Assembly (NCBI GenBank): GCA_963771465.1
Contig: CAVYTU010000009.1
Location: forward strand, 96,001-160,000
Length of the DNA stretch: 64,000 nt
From: an uncultured delta proteobacterium
GTDB taxonomy: Bacteria; Desulfobacterota; Binatia; UBA9968
Reading direction: 5' to 3'
Under the pieces are notes generated by a model. That model did no database searches and was not told the DNA's origin. It worked only from the letters and a program-made list of their open reading frames with translations. Position 1 is the stretch's first letter. Each line of letters starts with the position of its first letter. Positions 32,070 to 42,545 of this stretch are shown one piece after another. Made by a program: the position numbers and the translations under genes.

Positions 32070-33344
32070 CTAGGATTTGCACAAGCCGCAAAGCTTGATT
32101 GCAGTGAGGGCGTAGACCTGAGTCGCTTGCACGAGATCGGCGATCTTCATGGCCCGGTTGCCCGCGCCACTCAACGTTTCGCGTTGACGCGGCGGCCCGT
32201 AACAGACAGACGGAATACCCACTTCGTTAAAAACATTCAGATCGCGCCACATGCTGGTTTCGGCGGACGGTGGCGCCGCGGGTTCGGAATTGAATATGTA
32301 ACGGTGCGCTTCCGCAATCGCGTCGATGAGCGGCTCGGCATTCTTGGCGATGTAACCGCGCGAGTACTGGAACAGCGTCACCTCGCAATCGATGCCGAGC
32401 GGCTTGATCGCCGCTTCGATGGCTTTTTTTACGTCGTTGGGATTTTTTCCCGGCACGATGCGCACGTCGATGAAAATATCGCAGAACGGATTGGGCCGGC
32501 TGACCCGGCCGCTACCATGAACTTCGACGATCTGCGCCTTGGGAATGATCGTGCCGCCGGAAAATTTAAGGGTCTCGCGTTTTTCGTAGGCGACGGCCCA
32601 TTCTTCGATGGCGCAAATTACCGGCGCGGCTTTGACAAAGGCATTGGGATTTTCCTGGATGGAATTTCCCCGCTCCAAACGCGGCGTATAAACTTCTCTC
32701 CCCTTCACCCGAACCTTGTACCAGCCCGCGCCGCACTCCGCTTGAACGATGCCGAAGCCGGAAGTCTCCCCGACCAGCGCGTAATCGGCGACCACACCGC
32801 GGTCGACGACCCACTTGGTGCCGAAACCCTCGCCGGGAAAATCGATTCCTTGCTGTTGACCTTCCGACGGGTCGCCGGTTTCGAATGCCACGGCGGTGAG
32901 GGTGAGATCACCTTTGAGTTTGATCCCGCTTTGTTTGATCGCTCGCATGGCGATCATGAAAGCGCAAAGCTGCGCCTTGTCGTTGATCATCCCTTTGCCA
33001 AAAAGCATGTCACCCGTAACCCACGCGGTTTCCAGTTTCTTTTCGTCGTCAGTGGCATCGGGTCCGAGCTTCGGACCGGTATCCATATGAGCGTTCCAAA
33101 TAAGACTCTTGCCGTCACCTGTACCAGGCAAACTGGCCACCGCATTGACGCTTTCGCTGGTAATGAACTGTAGCTCGCCTGTAATTCCCGCTGTGCCGAG
33201 CCATTCGAGCACGGCCTCGCCGAGCTGTCGTTCCTGAGCGTGAAAACTGGGAGTGTTGCCGAGCTGTAGGCAAAGATCGACCAAATCGTTTTTCTGCTCG
33301 TCAATTAGTTTCATTACGGATTCGTAGGTCGAATTTTTCTCCAT
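32070..33344 (-). CDS. M20/ArgE-DapE family metallopeptidase/deacylase
   Basis: NAHMDT, GKGMINDK, YGP. Confidence 0.85.
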   Translation of the reverse strand: MEKNSTYESVMKLIDEQKNDLVDLCLQLGNTPSFHAQERQLGEAVLEWLGTAGITGELQFITSESVNAVASLPGTGDGKSLIWNAHMDTGPKLGPDATDDEKKLETAWVTGDMLFGKGMINDKAQLCAFMIAMRAIKQSGIKLKGDLTLTAVAFETGDPSEGQQQGIDFPGEGFGTKWVVDRGVVADYALVGETSGFGIVQAECGAGWYKVRVKGREVYTPRLERGNSIQENPNAFVKAAPVICAIEEWAVAYEKRETLKFSGGTIIPKAQIVEVHGSGRVSRPNPFCDIFIDVRIVPGKNPNDVKKAIEAAIKPLGIDCEVTLFQYSRGYIAKNAEPLIDAIAEAHRYIFNSEPAAPPSAETSMWRDLNVFNEVGIPSVCYGPPRQRETLSGAGNRAMKIADLVQATQVYALTAIKLCGLCKS

Positions 33345-33345
33345 A

Positions 33346-35613
33346 TCAGCGACCTCGCTTTTGATCGCGCAGCGCCCGCCACACCCGCTCCGGCGTCAGT
33401 GGCAGCGTGCGAATGCGCACGCCCGTGGCGTTAAACAAAGCATTGCCGACCGCCGGTGCAACCGAAACGATGCCCGACTCGCCCATGCCTTTGGCGCCGT
33501 AGGGGCCGGGGCCGTCGCCGTTCTCGATTAGTGCAGTCTCGAAATGGTCTGGCAAGTCGGTGAAGCGTGGCACGCGATAGTCGACCAGATTCGCGTTGAG
33601 CGGCTGGCCGTTGTCATATTCAAGCGACTCAAACAGCGTATGGCCCAATCCCTGGAGCGCCGCTCCTTCATCTTGTCCTTCGGCTTGCCGTGGATTGATC
33701 GCCTTGCCGACGTCGGCGACGGTGACATAGCGATTTAGTTTTATCGCCCCGGTTTCAGCGTCGACGCTGATTTCCGCCGCGCCCATGCCAGTCTCCCAAA
33801 AAAGCGGCAAGGTTTTTCCGAGCGCGCCGTCGGGCTTCATGTAGCCGCGCCCGATCAGTTCACCCCCCGGCATGCCGAAGAACTTGCTGATAATTTGCCC
33901 ATAGTTCAACTGTTGAACGCCTGAGCGAGCTGCACCGTCTCTTAACGTGATCGTGTTCGGGCTCGTGGCAAAAGCTTCCGCGGCAGCTTGAATCAGCTGG
34001 CGGCGCAAATCTCCCGCCGCGGCTTTTACTGCGCTGCCCATGACGGTCGTCGAACGGCTGGCGCCGGTTGAACGATCAAACGGTGTGGCGCGCGTATCCG
34101 TGCCGCGCATCGTGACCCGTTCGACGGGAAGAAATAATTCCTCAGCGACGATCTGACAGAGAATCGTGCGCGCGCCTTGCCCGACTTCGGTGCTGCCCGC
34201 GAGTACAATCACACTGCCGTCGGCGAGCAAACGCACTAACGCAACCGATACAGGCATCGCCTCGGAATCCGACACGCCGACGGCGACGCCGATCCCATTG
34301 GCTTCGGTCCGCGATCGCTCATGCCAATTGAGCGCACGCACCGCCGCGTTGGTTCCTTGGCGCAGGTCAGCATCGATGGCCGTCGCGCCGAGCTTGAGTA
34401 CATCGCCGCGTTTGAGCAGATGGCGCATGCGAAACTCTAACGGCTCGATGCCGAGCCGGGCCGCGATCGTGTCCATGTGCGACTCCAAGGCCCAGATCGC
34501 TTGCGGCCCACCGATGGAGCGCATCGAACCCGCCGGCACCGTGTTGGTGTAAAGTGCCAGCACGTCGACATTGCAGTGATCCAGTTTATACGGGCCGATC
34601 ATTCGACTGATGACGCGCTTGGCGACGCGCGGACCATTGTCGGCATAGGCGCCGGTATCCATCAACACTTCCGCTTCCCGGGTAAGCAGAGTTCCGTCGC
34701 GCTTGACGCCGGTCTTGATACGCACGCGGGCCGAGTGACGACGCGTCGTCAGCATCGATTCCGCGACACTCTGCGCCAGGCGCACCGGCCGGCCGCCGGT
34801 CTTGCGCGCGATGGCGACCGCCAGCGGTTCGATTTTGAAATAGGACTTGCTGCCGTAGGCGCCGCCGACAAAGGGCACGATCACTTCGACCTTAGAATGC
34901 GGGTAGCCAAACATGTGCGCCAGCTCAGAGCGAACTAAAAACGGATGCGCCGACGAGCTCCAAAGCGTAATGCCGTCCGCGGTGACCCGCGCCACGGCGA
35001 TATGCGGCTCCATGGCGTACTGATAAATCATTGGAAACTCGAACGTCTCCTCAACGATCTCGTCCGCCTGACCGAAGGCTGATTCCGGATTACCTTTGAC
35101 GAACCGTTCGCGATGGCAAATATTGCCGCCGAAGAATTCACCGACACCCGCGACATCGTGAAACTCGCCGCTGGCCACCTGGCGTTCGTGCAATAACGGC
35201 GCGCCTTCAGCGAGCGCAGCGTCGATATCAGCCACACAGGGCAACTCTTGGTAGCTCACGTCGATGAGCGCCAATGCTGCTTCGGCGAGCAGTCCATCTG
35301 GCGCTGCTACCACAGCCACCGGTTCGCCGACGAAGCGCACGCGATCCGTGGCAACCACAGCACGGTCACGCAAACAATTGCCGTAATAAGGATCGATGTC
35401 TTTGAGGTCATCGCGGGTAAGGACGGCGACGACGCCGGGAAGAGATTCCGCTTTGCGGATGTCGATGGACTCGATCAGCGCGTGCGGTAGTGGACTGCGC
35501 AAAACCTTCGCTTCGAGTAGCTTAGGAAAACTGAGATCGCCGGTGAATTTAGCTGTTCCGGTGACTTTCTCAATGCCATCAATTCGGGCAACGTTGCTGC
35601 CGATTATCGTCAT
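33346..35613 (-). CDS. Xanthine dehydrogenase family molybdopterin-binding (large) subunit
   Basis: GGAYGSK, GSMRSIG, TEVGQG, AKGMGESG; paralogous to 16040-18334. Confidence 0.93.
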   Translation of the reverse strand: MTIIGSNVARIDGIEKVTGTAKFTGDLSFPKLLEAKVLRSPLPHALIESIDIRKAESLPGVVAVLTRDDLKDIDPYYGNCLRDRAVVATDRVRFVGEPVAVVAAPDGLLAEAALALIDVSYQELPCVADIDAALAEGAPLLHERQVASGEFHDVAGVGEFFGGNICHRERFVKGNPESAFGQADEIVEETFEFPMIYQYAMEPHIAVARVTADGITLWSSSAHPFLVRSELAHMFGYPHSKVEVIVPFVGGAYGSKSYFKIEPLAVAIARKTGGRPVRLAQSVAESMLTTRRHSARVRIKTGVKRDGTLLTREAEVLMDTGAYADNGPRVAKRVISRMIGPYKLDHCNVDVLALYTNTVPAGSMRSIGGPQAIWALESHMDTIAARLGIEPLEFRMRHLLKRGDVLKLGATAIDADLRQGTNAAVRALNWHERSRTEANGIGVAVGVSDSEAMPVSVALVRLLADGSVIVLAGSTEVGQGARTILCQIVAEELFLPVERVTMRGTDTRATPFDRSTGASRSTTVMGSAVKAAAGDLRRQLIQAAAEAFATSPNTITLRDGAARSGVQQLNYGQIISKFFGMPGGELIGRGYMKPDGALGKTLPLFWETGMGAAEISVDAETGAIKLNRYVTVADVGKAINPRQAEGQDEGAALQGLGHTLFESLEYDNGQPLNANLVDYRVPRFTDLPDHFETALIENGDGPGPYGAKGMGESGIVSVAPAVGNALFNATGVRIRTLPLTPERVWRALRDQKRGR

Positions 35614-35690
35614 ACGGGCGGAAGATGGTTGAAGGCGATACAGCGACGCTAAGTCACATCCTGTTACCTTCGTGCGCTTTTTGTCCTAGG

Positions 35691-36722
35691 CTAGATCACC
35701 GACTGTTCCGGCAATATGGTTTTCAGCACGCGCGAGTAATTACCGCCCAAAATCATTCTGATCTCATCATCCTTGTAGCCATGGCGCTGCAGGCCGTCGA
35801 TCAAGTTGGGCAGGTCTTCTATTTCTTCGAAGCCTTTGATCAACGGATCCTTGTGCAACGGATGATGGCGGTCTTTGAGCGTGCGCGGGCCGTCATATTT
35901 AACGAAGTCCATGCCAAGGGCGAGATGCTCGATGCCGACGAGTTTGATCATGTAGTCCATGTGCTTGAGCATGTCCTCGACACCGACCTCGCCTTCGCCG
36001 ACGCGTTCCGGCAATGCGAGGATACCGACCAAGCCGCCCTGCTTGGCGATCGCTTTGATCTGTTCGTCGTCGAGATTGCGCGGATTTTTGAGCATGCCGC
36101 AAGCGTTGGCATGGCTCACCAGCAACGGTGCAGTGGCGACATCCAATGTCTGAAAAAAACCCTCGCGGTTCATGTGCGACAGATCGACGATCATGCCTAA
36201 ACGATTTGCCTCTTTAATCACCTGCACACCGAAATTCGTCAGGCCGCCACCGGTGCGGTTCTCCCAAACGCCGTCGCCGAGCTCGTTACGAAAATTCCAC
36301 ACCGGCTGGATCGAGCGCAAGCCCAAGCGATAGAAGTTACGCAGATTCTCGACGCTCCCACGCAGCGGCATGCAGCCTTCGAAATGGAGCAAAAATTTAA
36401 TGCTGCCGGCATCCGGCTTCTCGGGTAAATCGCCGCGCGTCTTGACCATCTGGATCATGCCCTCGGAGCGCGGCGCTTCTTCGAGAAACTGATCGATTTG
36501 TTCGAGGGCCGTTTCAAGATATCGCCCGGTATTTTGCGAATGCGAATAAGAATCGCCTGAGATCGCGTAAACTGTCATGTTGATGCCGTCGCGGATCAAG
36601 CGCGGCGCCACGCCATCGCGAATTGGCGCTTCTTCGCCGATCGATTTTCGATAGATTTGCTCGTAAACATCGCGATGCCCCTCGATCACAAGGCTACTCA
36701 TCAACAATTCCTTTGCGTCCAT
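35691..36722 (-). CDS. Membrane dipeptidase (peptidase M19) family protein
   Basis: EGHRD, HFEG, VDLSH, SHAN..RNLDD, GMDF, LGGN. Confidence 0.9.
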   Translation of the reverse strand: MDAKELLMSSLVIEGHRDVYEQIYRKSIGEEAPIRDGVAPRLIRDGINMTVYAISGDSYSHSQNTGRYLETALEQIDQFLEEAPRSEGMIQMVKTRGDLPEKPDAGSIKFLLHFEGCMPLRGSVENLRNFYRLGLRSIQPVWNFRNELGDGVWENRTGGGLTNFGVQVIKEANRLGMIVDLSHMNREGFFQTLDVATAPLLVSHANACGMLKNPRNLDDEQIKAIAKQGGLVGILALPERVGEGEVGVEDMLKHMDYMIKLVGIEHLALGMDFVKYDGPRTLKDRHHPLHKDPLIKGFEEIEDLPNLIDGLQRHGYKDDEIRMILGGNYSRVLKTILPEQSVI

Positions 36723-36792
36723 CAGTCGCTTCTTTCTTGAAGGGGAAGTGGTATTGCGCTACTAATATCGGCTAACCCTTCCACAAGCAAGA

Positions 36793-38397
36793 ATGAATCG
36801 CCGCAACCCTTACCGCCATTTGATCAGCCTTGTCGCCATCAGCTTGGTGATGCTAGTCAGTGGCTGCAAGTCGGCGCCCAAAGGCGGCGGCGAAAATCAT
36901 TTCCGCGTCAATCTCGGCACCGAGCCGCCCAGTCTCGACTGGTCCATCGCCACCGATCACGTTTCGTTCAACGTCATTTCGAATCTCATGGTCGGCCTCA
37001 CCGAGTTCGACAAGGAGTTGAAGCCGGCGCCGGTGATCGCCAAGTCATGGGAGCTTCAAGACGGCGGCAAGAAGATCATCTTCAGTCTCCGCGATGACGT
37101 GCAATGGACCGACGGCAAAACAGTCCGCGCCCAGGATTTCGAATATTCGTGGAAACGTCTGCTCAATCCCAAGACCGCATCGCAATACGCCTACATCCTT
37201 TTCGACATCGCCAACGCTCAGGAATACGCCGAGGGAAAACTCAAAGACCCAGCCGCCGTCGGTGTCAAAGCCGAAAATGATCAGACCCTTGTGATCACAT
37301 TGCGCCATCCGGCGTCTTACTTCCTGGCGATTACGACTTTCGAAGTCACCTACCCGCAGCGCCAAGACGTGATCGAAAAATACGACACGCGTTGGACCGA
37401 ACCGGGAAATATCGTGACCAACGGCCCGTTTCGTCTGGCGTCTTGGAAGCATGAAAATCAGATCGAGCTCAACGCCAGTGCAAATTATTTCCGCGGCAAG
37501 CCGGCGATGGACAAAGTGACCATGTACATGGTCAATGAAAAAACCACTGCGATCACCATGTTCGAACAGGGTAACCTGGATTTCGTCGACGATCACAGCA
37601 TCGCGCCGCTCGACAAGCCACGCTTGTCGAAGCTGCCAGGTTACAAGCTGGTGCCGCAGCTGCGTGGCGAGTATTACGGCTTCGCCGTCGACCGTAAACC
37701 ATTCGACAATCCAAAACTGCGCAAAGCCTTCGCCCTTGCCATCGATCGCGAGGTATTTCCCAAGATCCTGCAAGGCGGACAAACACCCGCGACATCTTGG
37801 ATTCCGCCTGGCATGTTGGCGCACAATGCCAAAATCGGTTTGCCGTTTAATCCCAACGAAGCGCGCCGCTTGTTAAGTGAAGCGGGATATCCCGAAGGCA
37901 AAGGTTTGCCGACCATCGTTTTGGGCTACAATACTCAAGATGACCATAAACTCGTCGCCGAAGCGATTCAAAGCATGTGGCAAAAGCATTTGAACGTGGT
38001 GGTGCGCATCGAAAATCAGGAGTGGAAAGTCTATTTAAAAAAGCTCCAGAACGATCCCTTCGTGGTTCATCGCGCCGGCTGGGGCGCCGACTATCCCGAC
38101 CCGGATAACTTCATGAAGCTCTTCACGTCCAACAGCGGCAACAATCACGGCCGTTGGAAGAGCCCAAAGTTCGATCAAATGCTCGAGCTCGCCGCGCGCG
38201 AATCCGATAGCGCCAAGCGTACGCAGATTTACGACGAGGCGCAAAAACTTCTCACCGAAACTGACGCCGCCATTGCGCCGCTTTTCTGGAAAGCCGAAGC
38301 GACGATCTTGAGTCCCAAGTTTACCGGCCTGGAATACAATTCGATGGCGCGGATGGATTTGCGCAATGTAAAGCCCGTCGCACCGAGCGCGCGTTAA
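36793..38397 (+). CDS. oppA: Oligopeptide ABC transporter substrate-binding lipoprotein
   Basis: Lipobox VSGC, EPPSLD, WTDG..V.A.DF.YSW, TNGPF, GWGADYPDP. Confidence 0.92.
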   Translation: MNRRNPYRHLISLVAISLVMLVSGCKSAPKGGGENHFRVNLGTEPPSLDWSIATDHVSFNVISNLMVGLTEFDKELKPAPVIAKSWELQDGGKKIIFSLRDDVQWTDGKTVRAQDFEYSWKRLLNPKTASQYAYILFDIANAQEYAEGKLKDPAAVGVKAENDQTLVITLRHPASYFLAITTFEVTYPQRQDVIEKYDTRWTEPGNIVTNGPFRLASWKHENQIELNASANYFRGKPAMDKVTMYMVNEKTTAITMFEQGNLDFVDDHSIAPLDKPRLSKLPGYKLVPQLRGEYYGFAVDRKPFDNPKLRKAFALAIDREVFPKILQGGQTPATSWIPPGMLAHNAKIGLPFNPNEARRLLSEAGYPEGKGLPTIVLGYNTQDDHKLVAEAIQSMWQKHLNVVVRIENQEWKVYLKKLQNDPFVVHRAGWGADYPDPDNFMKLFTSNSGNNHGRWKSPKFDQMLELAARESDSAKRTQIYDEAQKLLTETDAAIAPLFWKAEATILSPKFTGLEYNSMARMDLRNVKPVAPSAR

Positions 38398-38517
38398 CTG
38401 TAAGAAACTTGTCTAAGCTTTGTTGCCATGGATTCGGAATTCATATAAGTCCCAAAGAGTTGCCGGCAAGCGCCGGCGATTGCTTAGCGAGTGAACGGCA
38501 GAGAGAAAGGCGAGGTC

Positions 38518-38997
38518 ATGGAACTCAGCGAAGATGATGTCTTGCATATTTTGAAATTGATCGATGAATCGAAGTTTGACTACTTTCAACTCGAAGTTGG
38601 CGAACTAAAAATAACCGTCAGCAAAGGCGACCCGATCCCCCTGGGAAATTCCGCGCAACCGGTGGCGATAAGCGCGACTCCGGCGGCTGCGCCACAGCCC
38701 GCGCCTGCACCCGTTGCCGCCGCCGCGGCGGCGCCCAAAGCCGCGGCGATTCCCGCTGGCCATCTTGCGGTCACGGCACCGATCCTCGGAACTTTCTATG
38801 TGGCGCCGGAGCCCGGCGCACCGCCATTTGTGACCGTCGGCCAGCAAGTCACTGAAGACACGACCTGCGGGCTCATCGAAGTCATGAAGGTCTTCAATAG
38901 CGTGCGCGCCGGCGTGAAAGGCACCATCGTCGAAGTCGTCGCCGCCAATGGCACCTTCGTCGAATTCGGCCAGACGCTGATCATCGTCAAACCTTAA
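38518..38997 (+). CDS. accB: Biotin carboxyl carrier protein
   Basis: Ala/Pro linker, GTFY.AP.PG..PFV, IEVMK biotinylation site. Confidence 0.92.
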   Translation: MELSEDDVLHILKLIDESKFDYFQLEVGELKITVSKGDPIPLGNSAQPVAISATPAAAPQPAPAPVAAAAAAPKAAAIPAGHLAVTAPILGTFYVAPEPGAPPFVTVGQQVTEDTTCGLIEVMKVFNSVRAGVKGTIVEVVAANGTFVEFGQTLIIVKP

Positions 38998-39079
38998 GCA
39001 TCGAGCTTATTGGGGACTGGCTACTTTTGTTTAAACAGAAGCGGCCTATTCCCTTGTTCATTTCGATCCCGGAGCATCC

Positions 39080-40447
39080 ATGAGCGTTACCCGAGTATTG
39101 GTCGCCAACCGCGGCGAAATCGCGGTCCGGGTGATCCGCGCCTGTCAGAGTTTGGGAATCGAAACTGTCGCCGCGGTTTCCGATGCCGACCGCGAAAGCA
39201 TGGCGGCCAAAATGGCCAACCGCGCCGTGTGCATCGGTCCGGCGCGATCGACCGATAGTTATTTAAAAGTGGAAAATATCATCGCCGCGGCTCAGGGCAC
39301 CGGTTGCGACGCCATCCATCCCGGCTATGGTTTTCTATCCGAGCGCGCCGCGCTCGCCGAAGCTTGCGTCGACAACAAGATCACTTTCGTCGGCCCCAGC
39401 GCTGAAAACATTACGATGATGGGCGATAAACTTGAAGCGCGCAAAATCGCTCGTGATGCCGGAGTGCCGTTGGTGCCCGGTTCGGACCATGCGCGCAATC
39501 CGCACGAGGCCGCGCTGCTGGCCAAAGATATCGGCTTTCCGCTACTCCTCAAAGCCTCGGCGGGCGGCGGCGGGCGCGGCATCAAGCTGGTCTGGAACGG
39601 GCATGAGATCGAAGATACCTTTCGCACCGCCGCCGCCGAAGCGCGCGCCGCGTTCGGAAACGATACGCTTTACATGGAACGCTACATCGGCAACGCACGC
39701 CACATCGAAGTGCAGATTCTCGGCGATCAGCATGGCAACGTGATCCATCTCGGCGAACGCGACTGCTCGCTGCAACGGCGCCATCAAAAGATTGTCGAAG
39801 AAGCGCCCGCCTACGCGGTGGCGCCGGAGGTTCGCGCGCAAATGTGTCACGCGGCGGCGACTTTGGCACGCAGCATCGGATATCAAAGCGCCGGCACCAT
39901 CGAGTTTATTTATGACAACGACAGCGAAGATTATTATTTCCTCGAGATGAACACGCGCATCCAAGTCGAACACCCGGTCACTGAAATGATCACCGGCGTC
40001 GATTTAGTCGCGCAGCAATTACGCATCGCCCGCGGCGAGCCGCTGCCGTTTAAGCAATCCGACATAACCTTTACCGGCCATGCCATCGAATGCCGCATCA
40101 CCGCCGAGTCGCCGCAGCACGGCTTTCGCCCCTGCCCCGGCCTGATTGCCGAATGGCAGGGACCGGTAGGCCACGGCATCCGCCTCGACACCCACTGTTA
40201 CTCCGGCTACTTCGTGCCGCCATACTATGATTCATTGCTCGCGAAACTTATTGTCCACGCGGGCAGTCGAACTGAATCAGCGGATCGGACCAATCACGCC
40301 TTAGATAACTTTCACGTCACCGGCATCGACACACTGATCCCGTTTCTGAAAGTCGTCATCGCTGACGGAGAATATCGCGCCGGCAGGGTCAATACGCGCT
40401 GGCTGGAAAAGAAACTGGAAGACTACGCGGCCGCGCAGCCCCGCTAG
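39080..40447 (+). CDS. accC: Biotin carboxylase
   Basis: ANRGEIA, HPGYGFLSE, GGGGRG, RDCSLQRRHQK, EMNTRIQVEHPVTE. Confidence 0.95.
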   Translation: MSVTRVLVANRGEIAVRVIRACQSLGIETVAAVSDADRESMAAKMANRAVCIGPARSTDSYLKVENIIAAAQGTGCDAIHPGYGFLSERAALAEACVDNKITFVGPSAENITMMGDKLEARKIARDAGVPLVPGSDHARNPHEAALLAKDIGFPLLLKASAGGGGRGIKLVWNGHEIEDTFRTAAAEARAAFGNDTLYMERYIGNARHIEVQILGDQHGNVIHLGERDCSLQRRHQKIVEEAPAYAVAPEVRAQMCHAAATLARSIGYQSAGTIEFIYDNDSEDYYFLEMNTRIQVEHPVTEMITGVDLVAQQLRIARGEPLPFKQSDITFTGHAIECRITAESPQHGFRPCPGLIAEWQGPVGHGIRLDTHCYSGYFVPPYYDSLLAKLIVHAGSRTESADRTNHALDNFHVTGIDTLIPFLKVVIADGEYRAGRVNTRWLEKKLEDYAAAQPR

Positions 40448-40514
40448 ACTCATCATCGAGAGTAAAAATATTTGGTCCGATACTCCAACGCTTTCATGCT
40501 ACATTTGTGCTTAG

Positions 40515-41432
40515 ATGGTATCGTTACTGTTTAAGCGATTTATTCACGGCCTTCTGGTTCTCTGGGTCGTTGCTACCTTGACCTTTCTCCTTCTCCGCCT
40601 CGCCCCCGGCGGTCCCTTCGACAGCGAGCGCAAGCTGCCCCCTGAAGTGATTGCTAACCTCGAAGCGAAGTATCATCTGAACGAACCCGTCTGGCAGCAG
40701 TACTTGCGCTATCTTGGCGCCATCGCGCAGGGTGATTTCGGACCGTCCTATAAATACTTGAACCGCGACGTCAGCGCCATCATCGCCGACACGTTGCCAA
40801 CCTCAACCCTGCTCGGTGCGCTGGCCATTGTATTCGCGCTGCTGACCGCTTTTCCCATTGGCTTACTCGCCGCATATTTTCGCAACTCCGCCATCGACCG
40901 CTTCTGCATGCTCATCGCCACTCTTGGAATTTCTTTACCGAATTTTATCTTGGGCGCGCTGCTGATCTGGGCGATCGCGTTGCAATTCGACTGGCTGCAA
41001 GCGGGACGATGGGACGACTGGTCAAGCGTGATTCTGCCGACTATTACCTTAGGCGCCGCACCAGCGTCCTACCTCACCGCCCTGCTGCGCTCGACCTTGA
41101 TCGAGACCTTCGGTGAAGACTTCGTCCGCACCGCGCGAGCCAAGGGGCTTACGGAACTTGTCGTCGTCGCCAAACATGCGCTCTGCCATTCGTTGATTCC
41201 GGTGCTAACCGTGATGGGACCGCTTACTGCAGCGTTGCTCACCGGATCGTTCGTGGTCGAATACGTCTTTGCTATTCCCGGCATGGGACGATTTTTCATC
41301 ACCGCCGTCACCGACCGCGATTATCCGCTGATCATGGGCGTCACGTTGGTCTACACGGCGTTACTCGTCTGCACGAACCTATTGGTCGATTTGCTCTACA
41401 GCTACGTCGATCCGCGGATCAGAACGGAGTGA
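40515..41432 (+). CDS. oppB: Oligopeptide ABC permease
   Basis: APGGPF, GDFGPS, RTARAKGL, RDYPL. Confidence 0.92.
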   Translation: MVSLLFKRFIHGLLVLWVVATLTFLLLRLAPGGPFDSERKLPPEVIANLEAKYHLNEPVWQQYLRYLGAIAQGDFGPSYKYLNRDVSAIIADTLPTSTLLGALAIVFALLTAFPIGLLAAYFRNSAIDRFCMLIATLGISLPNFILGALLIWAIALQFDWLQAGRWDDWSSVILPTITLGAAPASYLTALLRSTLIETFGEDFVRTARAKGLTELVVVAKHALCHSLIPVLTVMGPLTAALLTGSFVVEYVFAIPGMGRFFITAVTDRDYPLIMGVTLVYTALLVCTNLLVDLLYSYVDPRIRTE

Positions 41433-41438
41433 TCGGGC

Positions 41439-42290
41439 GTGCTCATGGATACCAACGCCACACGCAACCCGTTTCATGTCACGCCGCTGCTCGGTGCTAG
41501 CGCCGGCTTCATCGCTGTCATCGTAATGGTCGCCGTCTTCGCACCGTGGATTTCGCCCTATGCGATCGGCGGTCTAGACGAGAAACGTTTGCTCGAATCA
41601 CCGAGTTGGGCACACTGGTTGGGCACAGATGGACTCGGCCGCGATCTTTTCACGCGGGTACTGTACGGCGCCCGTGTTTCGCTCGCAGTCGGACTCGGAA
41701 CTTCGCTCATCGCATTGGTCATCGGCACGATTTACGGCCTCATCGCGGGCTTCAAAGGCGGCAACTGGGATCACGCCATGATGCGCGTCGTCGATATTTT
41801 TTACGGCCTGCCCGATATGCTGATTTTTATTTTGCTGTCGCTCTTGTTTGGCCGGAACATCGGCGGCTTGCTGATCGCACTCGGTCTGGTCAGTTGGGTG
41901 CGCTTCGCGCGCATCGTACGCGGCCAGGTGTTGCAAGCCAAAGAGTTTCTTTTCGTGGAAAGCGCCAGATCACTCGGCGCCTCGCGCCGCCGCATCGTAC
42001 TTTGCCACATCTTGCCGAACATCGTCGGGCCGATCATCGTCACGCTGACTTTTAGCATTCCGGCGGCGATCCTCGCCGAATCGACGCTTAGCTTCATCGG
42101 CATCGGCATCAACGATCCATACAGCACTTGGGGCACCAGTTGGGGCACGTTAGCGCAAGACGGCTATCGCGCCATGCGCAGCTATCCCCACGTGATCGCG
42201 TTCCCCGCGTCGGCGATATTTTTCACCATTCTCGCGTTTAACACGCTCGGCAACGGCGTGCGCGATTTGCTCGATCCAAAACAGAAATGA
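41439..42290 (+). CDS. oppC: Oligopeptide ABC permease
   Basis: LGTDGLGRD, GARVSL, FVESARSLGA, ESTLSFIG. Confidence 0.92.
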   Translation: MLMDTNATRNPFHVTPLLGASAGFIAVIVMVAVFAPWISPYAIGGLDEKRLLESPSWAHWLGTDGLGRDLFTRVLYGARVSLAVGLGTSLIALVIGTIYGLIAGFKGGNWDHAMMRVVDIFYGLPDMLIFILLSLLFGRNIGGLLIALGLVSWVRFARIVRGQVLQAKEFLFVESARSLGASRRRIVLCHILPNIVGPIIVTLTFSIPAAILAESTLSFIGIGINDPYSTWGTSWGTLAQDGYRAMRSYPHVIAFPASAIFFTILAFNTLGNGVRDLLDPKQK

Positions 42291-42326
42291 CATGCGAAAT
42301 GGACGCGGGTAAAAGCGCGCGATTCG

Positions 42327-42355
42327 TTGACTTAGCGTGATATTCCCGTTATTAA
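42327..42355 (+). promoter_or_regulatory. Sigma-70 promoter of tRNA-Lys
   Basis: TTGACT-17 bp-TATTAA, 25 bp upstream of the tRNA. Confidence 0.7.
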
Positions 42356-42380
42356 AGAGTCTCGATTTTTTTCTGCCAGC

Positions 42381-42456
42381 GGGCCGTTAGCTCAGGCGGT
42401 AGAGCATCTGCCTTTTAAGCAGAGGGTCGCCGGTTCGAATCCGGCACGGCTCACCA
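42381..42456 (+). tRNA. tRNA-Lys(TTT)
   Basis: 76-nt cloverleaf GGGCCGT..anticodon loop CTTTTAA..GGTTCGAATCC..ACGGCTC ACCA. Confidence 0.97.
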
Positions 42457-42511
42457 AAATTCCCCTGCATTTTCAAGCATCCGCTATCGACTCAGATAAC
42501 AGTTCGCGTCA

Positions 42512-42544
42512 TTGTCAGTGAATTGTCCGTGTTCTGTCCGTGTT
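42512..42544 (+). repeat. Three tandem 11-bp putative integrase arm-type sites (YTGTCMGTG)
   Basis: TTGTCAGTGAA TTGTCCGTGTT CTGTCCGTGTT; related pairs at 47859-47880, 48660-48681 and inverted at 47001-47022. Confidence 0.7.
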
Positions 42545-42545
42545 C

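Noticed and set aside
31800-33173. 457-aa plus-strand ORF (and similar long ORFs at 16685-17602 and 29916-31022)
   Set aside because: Antisense shadows of well-supported GC-rich genes
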